DNA of 64,000 nt from NCBI GenBank assembly GCA_003228115.1, contig QEVV01000004.1:165577-229576 (forward strand), read 5' to 3'. Both the position numbers and the translations under genes were made by a program. Position 1 is the first letter of the stretch, and each line of letters begins with the position of its first letter. Below, piece by piece: positions 45,830 through 54,201 of the stretch. The DNA comes from Chloroflexota bacterium. GTDB lineage: Bacteria; Chloroflexota; Dehalococcoidia; Lucifugimonadales; SAR202-VII-2. The notes under the pieces were generated by a model. It worked only from the letters and a program-made list of their open reading frames with translations. It searched no databases and was not told the DNA's origin.

Positions 45830-45871
45830 ACTTCAATCCTCCTGCTAAAATGCCGCCCCTATCCAGCAAGC

Positions 45872-45926
45872 GTCTCCCCCCATCCTGGCCTTCCCCTGCG
45901 GGGGAGAGTCAGTGAGGGGGGAGACG
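45872..45926. repeat. Family-B hairpin repeat nested in a longer inverted repeat
   Basis: Sequence cgtctcccccc...cttcccctgcggggag...ggggggagacg. Confidence 0.6.
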
Positions 45927-45962
45927 TAGATCAGTCAGTTGAGCTTGGAAGCTCTAAGGGTC

Positions 45963-46829
45963 CTAGCTTCGGGCGTTGGCGAAAGCCTGCTCAAGTGCCC
46001 GGCGTGTGAACACCACGGACATGTCAGTCTTGTACTCTTTGGAGCCCCTGATATCTGCCGTCGGGTCCACCGCAGCCCGGACCGTCTCGGCGGCCTCGCG
46101 GATGGCCTCAGGTGTTACCTGCTGGCCCTGGAGCACTGCCTCAGCATCAGTGGCCCTAATCGGAGTGGGCCCTGCGGCGCCCAGAGCAATGCCAACCGAC
46201 TGGCACTTGCCACTCGCATCGACATCAAGAACGGCCGCCACGCAGACCGTAGCGTAATCGTCCGCAGTACGGGGAAGGAACTTCAGGAAGGCCGCACCAG
46301 CGCTGGCAGACTGCTTAGGCACAATCACTTCCGTCAGCACTTCGTCCGGCTCGGTGACGGTGGTGTAGTAGTCCTCGAAGAAGTCGGCAAGGTCGACCGT
46401 GCGCTCACCCTTACCATTCGCCAGCTTGACCGATGCACCAAGGGCCAGAAGGGCCGGCGGCGAGTCCTGGGCCGGGTCGGCGTGTGTTAGCGCCCCACCA
46501 ACCGTCGCCACTTCACGGATTCGGATGGTAGCAACATGCTTGTAGGTGTCGTGTAGCAATGAAGCGCCCTGAAGCGCAACATCTGACATCTCCAACGTCC
46601 GGTGCGTGGTCAACGCCCCAATGCGCAGGCTGCCGTTCTCGCTGGCGATGCCACTGAGTTCGGCAACATTCGCAAGGCTGATGACGTGATCAGGCACCAC
46701 GAGCTGCTGCTTCATCATGAGCACGAGTCCCGTGCCTCCGGCAATCAGCTTGGCGTTCTCGCCGTGCTGCGCCAGTAGGTTGTGAACCTCTTTTAGAGTG
46801 CTGGGAGCGTGAAACTCAAATCCTCTCAT
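45963..46829 (-). CDS. FAD-binding medium subunit of a molybdenum hydroxylase (CoxM/XdhB-like)
   Basis: F.FHAPSTL.E........A.L.AGGT.L...MK pattern and 288-aa length. Confidence 0.9.
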   Translation of the reverse strand: MRGFEFHAPSTLKEVHNLLAQHGENAKLIAGGTGLVLMMKQQLVVPDHVISLANVAELSGIASENGSLRIGALTTHRTLEMSDVALQGASLLHDTYKHVATIRIREVATVGGALTHADPAQDSPPALLALGASVKLANGKGERTVDLADFFEDYYTTVTEPDEVLTEVIVPKQSASAGAAFLKFLPRTADDYATVCVAAVLDVDASGKCQSVGIALGAAGPTPIRATDAEAVLQGQQVTPEAIREAAETVRAAVDPTADIRGSKEYKTDMSVVFTRRALEQAFANARS

Positions 46830-46879
46830 CGACTAGCCCCCTTCGGCTTCGTTTATCTTCATTCTAGCAAGCGTGTGTT

Positions 46880-47386
46880 TTAGTCGGAAGCGCCGGGAAT
46901 CGGCTCTACTTCCTGACCGGATGCAGCCTTGATAGCCCGGATAATGCCGTAGTAACCGGTGCAGCGGCACAGGTTGCCCATCATCCATTCCTTAATCTCT
47001 TGCTCGTTCGGCTTGGAGTTGAAGTCCAGCAGCGCCTTAGCCGCCGTTACCTGTCCAGGCGTGCAAATTCCACATTGGAACCCGCCCTGGTCGATGAACG
47101 CCTGCTGAATCGGCAGCAACTCACCGTCTGCCTTGGCAATCCCCTCAATCGTCGTGATATCCGTCCCGTTCGCCATGGGCGTCAGGGTCAGGCAAGAACT
47201 AACCATCTTGCCGTCAACCAGTACAGTGCAAGCGCCGCAGACGCCAACGCTGCAACCTTCCTTGGTTCCCGTCAAGCCAACGTCATATCGGATGAAGTCA
47301 ACCAGAAGCCGGTTGGGCTTCACTTCCTTCTCGTACGTTTGCCCGTTGATGGTCAGCTTTACGGCTACCTTATTTGTGTCACTCAT
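46880..47386 (-). CDS. [2Fe-2S] small subunit of a molybdenum hydroxylase (CoxS-like)
   Basis: Cys motifs C.VGVCGAC.V and GFQCGICTPG....CRCTGY. Confidence 0.9.
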   Translation of the reverse strand: MSDTNKVAVKLTINGQTYEKEVKPNRLLVDFIRYDVGLTGTKEGCSVGVCGACTVLVDGKMVSSCLTLTPMANGTDITTIEGIAKADGELLPIQQAFIDQGGFQCGICTPGQVTAAKALLDFNSKPNEQEIKEWMMGNLCRCTGYYGIIRAIKAASGQEVEPIPGASD

Positions 47387-47694
47387 TCGTTATCCTCTTT
47401 CCTACAAAATCTGCGCCATGATAAACTACCGCCCACTCACATGCAAGCAGAGTCGGCAGGCGGAGGGAGACCAAATCTATCAGCATCTACGGCTACATTC
47501 TAAGGCCCAAGCGAACCGCCACGCTAGTGCTACGAGACCCGTCCCTTCATCACACCCAGGGTACCTTCGCTAGCCGCGCTCAATAGCCGCTCGAAAGGGC
47601 GTTCCGGGTTGAAAGCAACGTAGCCAACGCAAGCCACTAGAGAACGAACACACCCCGCGGCTAGACGACAACACCACTCCCTGTGCCGCGGGCT

Positions 47695-47770
47695 GGGGTG
47701 CAGGGGCAAAGCCCCTCCGGGGGGCAAGGGGGACGTCCCCCTCTTTACCAAAACGTTCGATGGTGGGCCC
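47695..47770 (+). repeat. Family-A element, copy 10 (3' part degenerate)
   Basis: Sequence ggggtgcaggggcaaagcccctccggggggcaagggggacgtccccctc..aaaacgttcgatggtgggcc. Confidence 0.75.
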
Positions 47771-47873
47771 TAAGCCTGCCGAAGGGATGGGCCGGGCAGA
47801 AAGCAGCGTAGGCCAAGGCAGGAGAAACACACCCGTCTGGTAGACAATAACGCCACCCTCCACGCCTCCACCT

Positions 47874-47964
47874 GGGGTGCAGGGCGCAGCCCGCCGGGGG
47901 CAAGGGGGGTGTCCCCCCTCTACCAAAACATTTGAGGGTGGGCCGGGCGGGACAGCAGCGTCAC
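47874..47964 (+). repeat. Family-A element, copy 11
   Basis: Sequence ggggtgcagggcgcagcccgccgggggcaaggggggtgtcccccct..aaaacatttgagggtgggccgggcgggacagcagcgtc. Confidence 0.85.
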
Positions 47965-48027
47965 TGACGCAAGACCGTCCATCCCTAACGCAGGCCTTTA
48001 AACCAATACGTAACACCTGGAGACCCC

Positions 48028-50280
48028 ATGACAACCCTTCGCGTCGTTGGCACCCGTACTCCTCGAAAAGAGGGCGGCCAAAAAGTCCAAGGCCAAAGCA
48101 AATTCGCCGCAGACTTCACACTCCCTGGCGTGCTCTGGGGCAAAACGCTCCGCAGCCCCTATCCCCACGCCCGGATCCTCAGCATGGACGCCTCCAAGGC
48201 CCGCCAACTTCCCGGGGTCGCCGCAGTTATCACGGGGCTCGATATTCCGGCGCACCAATTGGTTGGCCGAAGAGTGCGAGACCAGCACCTGCTTGCTCGC
48301 GACAGAGTCCGCTTCGTCGGCGAGCGAGTGGCGGTAGTAGCGGCTGAGGACCCCAACGTCGCAGAAGAAGCCCTGGCCTTGATCGAAGTCGAATACGAGC
48401 AGCTTCCCGCTGTATTCGATTCTCTGGAAGCCGTGAGACCTGACGCCCCTCGGCTCCATGACGACCCCCGAGCTTACCCCGGCGCTAACCCGGCAGATGG
48501 CGCGCCCGACTATCCCAACATCTGCTCGTATAACCGCTGGGGGGAGGGCGACCTTGACGACGCCTTCGCCAAGGCCGACCGGGTGTTTGAGGGCGTCTAT
48601 CACACGCCCCTGGAGCACCACGGTTACATTGAACCCAACGCCTGCCTGGTCTCGGTCGACCCCGTCAGCGGCCACGCCGACGTCTGGACCTCGGTCAAGG
48701 CCCCGGTCCCCATGCGTAAGAACGCCGCCGAAGCCCTGGAAGTGGACCAGTCCAGCCTTACCCTTCATCCGCTGGCCATTGGTGGCGACTTCGGAGGCAA
48801 GGGGCATCCCCTCGACGTGACCTCCGCCTATCTTCTTTCCAAAGAAACGGGCCGCCCCGTCAAGATGGTCATGTCCTACACAGAGGACCTGATGGCGGCC
48901 AACGCCCGCCACCCCTCCACGATCTTCGTGAAGTCCGCTGTTTCCAACGAAGGCATACTCCTGGGAATGCGCGTGGAAGCCTACTTCAACAGTGGCGGCT
49001 ACGGCGGCTTCAAGCCCATTCCAACCGTGCAGGTCCACGGCATCCACCAGGCTGCCAGTTGTTACCGGGTGCCCGCCATCGATGTCCAGAGCTTTGTGAT
49101 CTACACCAACATAGTTCCGTCCGGCCACATGCGAGCCCCGGGCGCGCCGCAGACCTCTTTGGCTATTGAGGCCCACTTCGACGAGATTGCTAACGCTTTG
49201 GGTATTGACCGCGGTGAGTTCCGCCTGCAGAACGTCCTCAAAGAGGGGGACCCCAACCCAATGGGCGAGTTATGGACGGACAACCGCGCAAAGGAGACGT
49301 TGGCTAAGGCAATGGATGCCGCCGGCTGGCACGATGCCAAGGCCCCCTACGTCGGCCGCGGCATCGGCATGTACGAGCGCTCGGCAGGCGGCGGCGATGC
49401 CAACGTGAAAATCTCCGTCAACGCCAAGGGCAACGTCTCTGTCATCACCCCGGCGCCTGACCCTGGCCAGGGCGGCTACACCGTGATGGCCCAGATCGCC
49501 AGCGAGAAGCTCGGCGTGCCCATTGAGGACATTAGCATTCAGACCATCACCACCGATAACTTTGAGTCCGACTCAGGAGTCGGCGGAAGCAGGGTCACTT
49601 ATGTGGGCGGGCAAGCGACCTTCCGGGGATGCGAGCAAGTCCAGGAACAAATGCTCCACGTCGCCGCCGAGCGCTTCGGAGAGAACGTGGACACCCTTCG
49701 TTGGGAGAACGGCTCGGTCGTAGGCGGCAAACGTGTGGTTTCCTTCCAGGAAATGGCCTCGGTGGCCGTAGAAACGCTGGGGGGACCGGTTGAGTCCGCC
49801 ATCCGCTTCGTTGGAGAGGCGCAGGAAGTCACGTCCTTCGCAGCCCAGGTCGCTGAAGTTGAAGTCGACCCCGAGACCGGCCAGGTCACACTCCGCCGCC
49901 TGACCACGTCCCACGACATCGGCACAATCGTCAACCCCGTTGGTCACCAAAGCCAAATCGAGGGCGGCGCAATCCAGGGCATCGGCTTCGGCCTCATGGA
50001 GGAGCATGTCCTCGACGACGGACGGCCTATTGCCCTGCATTTGGGCGACTACAAGATACCCAACATCCAGGACATCCCTGAGCTAACAACCGTGCTCCTA
50101 GAGCCAGCGAAGGGGCCTGCCCCCTACAGCGCCAAAGCGATCGGCGAACACTCCAACGTTCCCACGGCTGGCGCAATCGCCAACGCCGTCGCCGACGCCA
50201 TCGGCATGCCCGTCACGGAAATCCCCGTCACCGCAGAGCGGATTTACAACCTCTTAAAGCAAAAAGCCAAGACCCGGTAG
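48028..50280 (+). CDS. molybdopterin-binding large subunit of a xanthine dehydrogenase/aldehyde oxidase family enzyme (CoxL-like; not a form-I CODH)
   Basis: 750 aa. N-terminal R.EG..KV.G...F..D and GGDFGGK motifs. No AYxCSFR CODH active-site loop was seen. Confidence 0.9.
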   Translation: MTTLRVVGTRTPRKEGGQKVQGQSKFAADFTLPGVLWGKTLRSPYPHARILSMDASKARQLPGVAAVITGLDIPAHQLVGRRVRDQHLLARDRVRFVGERVAVVAAEDPNVAEEALALIEVEYEQLPAVFDSLEAVRPDAPRLHDDPRAYPGANPADGAPDYPNICSYNRWGEGDLDDAFAKADRVFEGVYHTPLEHHGYIEPNACLVSVDPVSGHADVWTSVKAPVPMRKNAAEALEVDQSSLTLHPLAIGGDFGGKGHPLDVTSAYLLSKETGRPVKMVMSYTEDLMAANARHPSTIFVKSAVSNEGILLGMRVEAYFNSGGYGGFKPIPTVQVHGIHQAASCYRVPAIDVQSFVIYTNIVPSGHMRAPGAPQTSLAIEAHFDEIANALGIDRGEFRLQNVLKEGDPNPMGELWTDNRAKETLAKAMDAAGWHDAKAPYVGRGIGMYERSAGGGDANVKISVNAKGNVSVITPAPDPGQGGYTVMAQIASEKLGVPIEDISIQTITTDNFESDSGVGGSRVTYVGGQATFRGCEQVQEQMLHVAAERFGENVDTLRWENGSVVGGKRVVSFQEMASVAVETLGGPVESAIRFVGEAQEVTSFAAQVAEVEVDPETGQVTLRRLTTSHDIGTIVNPVGHQSQIEGGAIQGIGFGLMEEHVLDDGRPIALHLGDYKIPNIQDIPELTTVLLEPAKGPAPYSAKAIGEHSNVPTAGAIANAVADAIGMPVTEIPVTAERIYNLLKQKAKTR

Positions 50281-50310
50281 GGGCGGTGTCTCAGACCCGC
50301 CCAAAACGTC
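50276..50310. repeat. Family-D REP-like hairpin
   Basis: Sequence ggtaggggcggtgtctcagacccgcccaaaacgtc, overlapping the coxL-like stop codon. Confidence 0.75.
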
Positions 50311-50696
50311 CGCCTTGCGCATCCAGCCATCATCCAGGAGCTGCCTCCAATGTCGTTTCGAGCGGAGCCAAGAAACCTTGTCAACCAACCCGAAACACAT
50401 TCTTTTTACTGTCGTCCTTCTTGCTGTCGTCCTAGAGCGTAGCGAAGGACCTTGTCAGCCAGCGCGAGCGTCAGCATGTGATCATCACCATCGTCGGCTC
50501 GGCGTCCCTCAGCAAGCTCAGGACAGGCTCGGCGAAGGACATTCGTCAACCCAGCCAACAGCATTAGCCAACGGCCTCCAACACAGTCGCCGACGCCCTT
50601 CAGAATCCCCATCACCACAGAGCGGGTGTACAATCTATTCGCACAACAGGGAGGGACAGTCTAAGGGACCATGATTCCCCAAAAGCGCCCCAGACT

Positions 50697-50793
50697 GGGG
50701 TGCAGGGGCAAAGCCCCGCCGGGGGTAAAAAAGGGGGTGTCCCCCTTTCTGAAAACGTTAGAGGGCGGGCCGGGAGGGACCTCAACGTCAGCC
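50697..50793 (+). repeat. Family-A element, copy 12
   Basis: Sequence ggggtgcaggggcaaagccccgccgggggtaaaaaagggggtgtcccccttt..aaaacgttagagggcgggccgggagggac. Confidence 0.85.
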
Positions 50794-50876
50794 AAACCAA
50801 CCCTCCGCGCACCCATCTTGCTTGTAGCTGGAGACCGAAGACAACAGCCAATCCAATCCCACGGAGGTACAGACCC

Positions 50877-51311
50877 ATGACAACCCAGAGCGACCGCGAC
50901 CAGCGCCTTGAGAGAAACGCCAAAGTGATTGAAGAGTTCCGAAGCAACGGCGGCCAGATGAGCGGCAGCTTTGCCACCATGCCACTGGTCCTTCTCCACA
51001 CCACCAGCGCCAAAACCGGACAGGAGCGCACTATCCCCCTGGCCCACATGCGCGATGGCGACTGCGTCCTTATCTTTGCTTCCAAGGGCGGAAACCCCAA
51101 GCATCCTGACTGGTACCACACCATCCTGGCCAACCCCAACGTCACCGTGGAAGTGGGCACGGAGACCTTCGAAGCAGAGGCCGTAGTGCTTACGGGCGAA
51201 GAGAGGGACCAACTCTTCGCAAAGCAGGCGGAGAGCCACCCAGTCTTTGCTGAATACCAAACACGAACGGAAAGGCAGATCCCCGTCATAGCCCTGAACC
51301 GAAAGAGCTAA
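50877..51311 (+). CDS. deazaflavin (F420)-dependent nitroreductase family protein (DUF385/Ddn-like)
   Basis: NAKVIEEFRSNGG......P.VLLHTTSAKTGQERT.PL and KGG....PDWYHN..ANP.V.VE. ATG 50877 is preceded by GGAGG. Confidence 0.8.
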   Translation: MTTQSDRDQRLERNAKVIEEFRSNGGQMSGSFATMPLVLLHTTSAKTGQERTIPLAHMRDGDCVLIFASKGGNPKHPDWYHTILANPNVTVEVGTETFEAEAVVLTGEERDQLFAKQAESHPVFAEYQTRTERQIPVIALNRKS

Positions 51312-51348
51312 ACCACTCAAGGCAAGGTTCAGCCACGATGCAGCCTGC

Positions 51349-51380
51349 ACGTAGGGGCGTTCAATTGAACGCCCCTACGT
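51349..51380. repeat. Family-C perfect palindrome (32 bp), probable terminator
   Basis: Sequence acgtaggggcgttcaattgaacgcccctacgt, followed by ttgtt. Confidence 0.85.
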
Positions 51381-51527
51381 TTGTTAGCAACGGCCCCGCT
51401 TGCAAAGTAAGCCCACCAGCACCAGAGTCGACGGGCGGGTAGACGGAAATCGACAGCCGGACTATGATAGCCCGACCCTCCCTTCTGCCAGTTCCCATCC
51501 CAGCTAGCAAGGTTAGGTGCCCACTTT

Positions 51528-53804
51528 ATGTCAATGGAAAACCTGGATCAGCACCCAGCGCTCAAGGGGCCAACCATTGACCCCAACTTCGAAAGGGAAC
51601 TGAACCAGCTGGTCTCCCTGGCGAAGAAAGGCCAGAAAGCTGACAGCCCCTTCTACAACCCCCCCAACGAATGGCTGATCTCCCGTATGCGCATTCTCCA
51701 GGACCTGCCCCCCAGCGAGCAGCAGGCTGTCCTAGAGGAAGCCGCACGTCTCGCTACAGAAATTGCGGCGGCCAACTCCCAGGGAAAGGCCGCCACCCGC
51801 GCCTGGCCAGAGGTCGTTTTCAGGCTGGAAACCGGCGGCCTGGACTTCTTCAGCCAACTGGGCGTAGCCCGCAGGCCCGACCTAACCCAGTACTTTGTCG
51901 ATGGATTCGCCAAGAACCGCGACGCCCATTCCTTCAACGAAGCCAACCAGGCACTATTCGCTGAGGTCCTGCCCTACATCAATCGCCGTATGGAACAGCA
52001 TTTCGCCGCGGGTGACGGTGTCATCCAGCTCGACCGCCAGATTGGCGACGAGCCCTCACGGGCCTTTCACGCCCGTCAATTGGTCTTCGGCGACCGTTAT
52101 TTGCAGATGCCTTACATGTGGCGTCAGCTCACCTTCGACCTCCCCCCAGAGAAAATGACCGGCGCACCCGACATTCTCGAGGTCTCGCTACCCCGTTGGC
52201 TTGATGACCTGGGACTTCCGGATGAGCTTAAGGGCCGCGTCCGCGAGAGCGGCCTTACGCAACTTGTATTCAAGGCCCCTACCAAGGGGCTATCGCTCCA
52301 TTTGGGCTTCGACTACGTGGGGGAGCACAAGATGGGCCCCCTCTCCATAGCTATGTTCTTGGTTAAAGAACAACAGGGCCTGGCCGTTCAGGCCGCTCTC
52401 AGCGTGGCCAGGATCAGGGCGCTCGACGGCTCGCTGAGGAGTTCGGCCCTGGTTACCGTTGGCCCCTCGCTTCACGGGAAGAGCACCCTGACCGTCATGA
52501 TCGAGCCAAAGGGCAGCGAGCTCGGAGGCCTCCTTGGTTTGTCGGATGACCCGGAAGAAGGCGTCTACCCCATGAACGACGACATCGTGCTCCTTCGTCC
52601 TATGCAGAAGCCGGTAGAGGTCAAGCGAAACGGGCGGACCGTCAAAATCACACACGCCATCGACGGCACGGAGAACAACCTCTACGCCGTACCCTCTGGC
52701 CTCACCTATCAAGACGACCCCGTCACCCATGACGTGCTGAGAGGCACGCCGGGGAGCCCCAACCCCCAAGAGACCCTGGAAAACGTCCCCGTAAACGTCC
52801 AGGGCGGCTCGCCCAACTTCCTGGAGAACCCCGTCCGCAATATGCGAATGGCGCTTTCCCGTCCCCGCCTGCTTGCCCGCAAGGGCGCGGACCACCTGCT
52901 GGAGTCCATCACCCAAGGCCACGCCAAGGAAGGCGTTCACGTTCCTATGGAGTGGATAGACCGGGTCCTCTGGCAGGCCGTCATGCGTCAGAACACGGTC
53001 ATCCCCGCTCTGAGGCGTCTCACCCTCGAACAGTACATTCGAGTGCTCATGTACGGGGAGGCTGTTCAGATGGGGGCCGCCGCAGGGGCCATTGGAAGGC
53101 CCTACGTGGAATACTTCTCAGACCCTTTCATCATCGGCCTGGAAGATGAGAACGCCAATGTTCTGCATGACATCCTGACCCGCATGGCTGAGGGAGGGTT
53201 GCCGCAGGAGTATTACGTCTTCAACACCGGCGGACTGGGTGCCGACACCAATGACGAGGCCAGCGGGAAGCGTTACAAGAAAATCCCAAGGGAGCTGACC
53301 CTCATGCTCCAAGAAGCCCTGCTCCGTGAGGCCGTCAAGTTCGAGCACGATTCCATCCTCGGCTCGGACATCGCCGTCGCCATCGTCGACAGCCAGGGCA
53401 AAGAGATAGTCGATCTCCGGGGCGAGTGGTCCCCCCGGGCCATTTACGGAGATGACGAGTACAGGGCAAGGGTGGAAGAGGTGAAGCGGCGGCGCTACTA
53501 CGGCCGCGATTCCAGCGATAAGGCGGGCATTCTCAGGTACACCAAGGTCTCCAATCCGCTCATTAACCTCGCCGACATCCCGCCGCCTGCAAACGAGCGA
53601 GAGTTGTCCTGGCTCCTCTCCTTCTACTGGAGCGTAGACCAGGCCTGCGACACCCTTGCCGCCTTGATTGAGCACCTCTCAGAGGGCCAGGCCCCAAAGG
53701 CTGACTTCTTGAAGGCGCTCGTTCCAATCACCAAGGCAGCCATCGGCTTGCCGCCGGAGAGCCAAGCTCTGCTCGCGGCATTGGGTCTTACCTCCACCGG
53801 ATAG
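51528..53804 (+). CDS. divergent PEP carboxykinase (ATP)-like P-loop protein with an N-terminal extension of about 300 aa
   Basis: Collinear weak matches to PckA blocks: GPSLHGKSTLT (GLSGTGKTTLS), NDDIVLL (GDDEHGW), ETLENV (LLENV), LTLEQYIRVLMYGE (LTADQTQYHFLSGF), YVFNTGGLG (YLVNTGWNG). Confidence 0.5.
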   Translation: MSMENLDQHPALKGPTIDPNFERELNQLVSLAKKGQKADSPFYNPPNEWLISRMRILQDLPPSEQQAVLEEAARLATEIAAANSQGKAATRAWPEVVFRLETGGLDFFSQLGVARRPDLTQYFVDGFAKNRDAHSFNEANQALFAEVLPYINRRMEQHFAAGDGVIQLDRQIGDEPSRAFHARQLVFGDRYLQMPYMWRQLTFDLPPEKMTGAPDILEVSLPRWLDDLGLPDELKGRVRESGLTQLVFKAPTKGLSLHLGFDYVGEHKMGPLSIAMFLVKEQQGLAVQAALSVARIRALDGSLRSSALVTVGPSLHGKSTLTVMIEPKGSELGGLLGLSDDPEEGVYPMNDDIVLLRPMQKPVEVKRNGRTVKITHAIDGTENNLYAVPSGLTYQDDPVTHDVLRGTPGSPNPQETLENVPVNVQGGSPNFLENPVRNMRMALSRPRLLARKGADHLLESITQGHAKEGVHVPMEWIDRVLWQAVMRQNTVIPALRRLTLEQYIRVLMYGEAVQMGAAAGAIGRPYVEYFSDPFIIGLEDENANVLHDILTRMAEGGLPQEYYVFNTGGLGADTNDEASGKRYKKIPRELTLMLQEALLREAVKFEHDSILGSDIAVAIVDSQGKEIVDLRGEWSPRAIYGDDEYRARVEEVKRRRYYGRDSSDKAGILRYTKVSNPLINLADIPPPANERELSWLLSFYWSVDQACDTLAALIEHLSEGQAPKADFLKALVPITKAAIGLPPESQALLAALGLTSTG

Positions 53805-53815
53805 CCCCCCTGTCC

Positions 53816-54106
53816 CTACGGAGCATGGCCTAGGACATCGAAGAGCCGGGCGTCGGGGGGACTGGTGATGTTCCCTTGAAGGTGTTGCTCAAGCTTCGGC
53901 CTTATGACCGAGGCGGCAGCATCGGCGTTCTCTTGGGTATCCCACACAACGAATAGACCATACTCACCCTCGTCGTCGTCGCCAAAGCAAATGACGCTCT
54001 GACATCCAGGGCGAGCGGCTATGGCTGGCACCAAGTCACCCGCCAGGCCCTTTGCAACCTCTCCCTTGCCCTCGCCAAGACCGAACCTAACTAAGCGGAC
54101 CATCAT
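53816..54106 (-). CDS. small ABM/Dabb-like ferredoxin-fold protein
   Basis: 96 aa. The pattern VRL.RF........G.......I....PG.....CF.....GEYGLFVVWD....ADA is typical of the ABM-like fold. Confidence 0.45.
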   Translation of the reverse strand: MMVRLVRFGLGEGKGEVAKGLAGDLVPAIAARPGCQSVICFGDDDEGEYGLFVVWDTQENADAAASVIRPKLEQHLQGNITSPPDARLFDVLGHAP

Positions 54107-54150
54107 GTTGTCACCTCAGTTCCCTTTACTATTTTGATGCCCACAGGCAT

Positions 54151-54177
54151 GGTAGGGGCGGTGTCTCAGACCCGCCC
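54151..54177. repeat. Family-D REP-like hairpin
   Basis: Sequence ggtaggggcggtgtctcagacccgccc. Confidence 0.75.
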
Positions 54178-54201
54178 TCTGCGTTCGCTACGCACCCCCC
54201 T

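Noticed and set aside
47998-49176. 392-aa minus-strand ORF.
   Set aside because: It lies antisense to the well-supported coxL-like gene. Its composition is Gly/Val/Asp-rich with no recognisable domain, so it is a shadow ORF.
45963-50280. Aerobic carbon monoxide dehydrogenase (coxMSL).
   Set aside because: The large subunit lacks the AYxCSFR active-site loop, and the genes are not in the canonical coxMSL order. The set is called a generic molybdenum hydroxylase.
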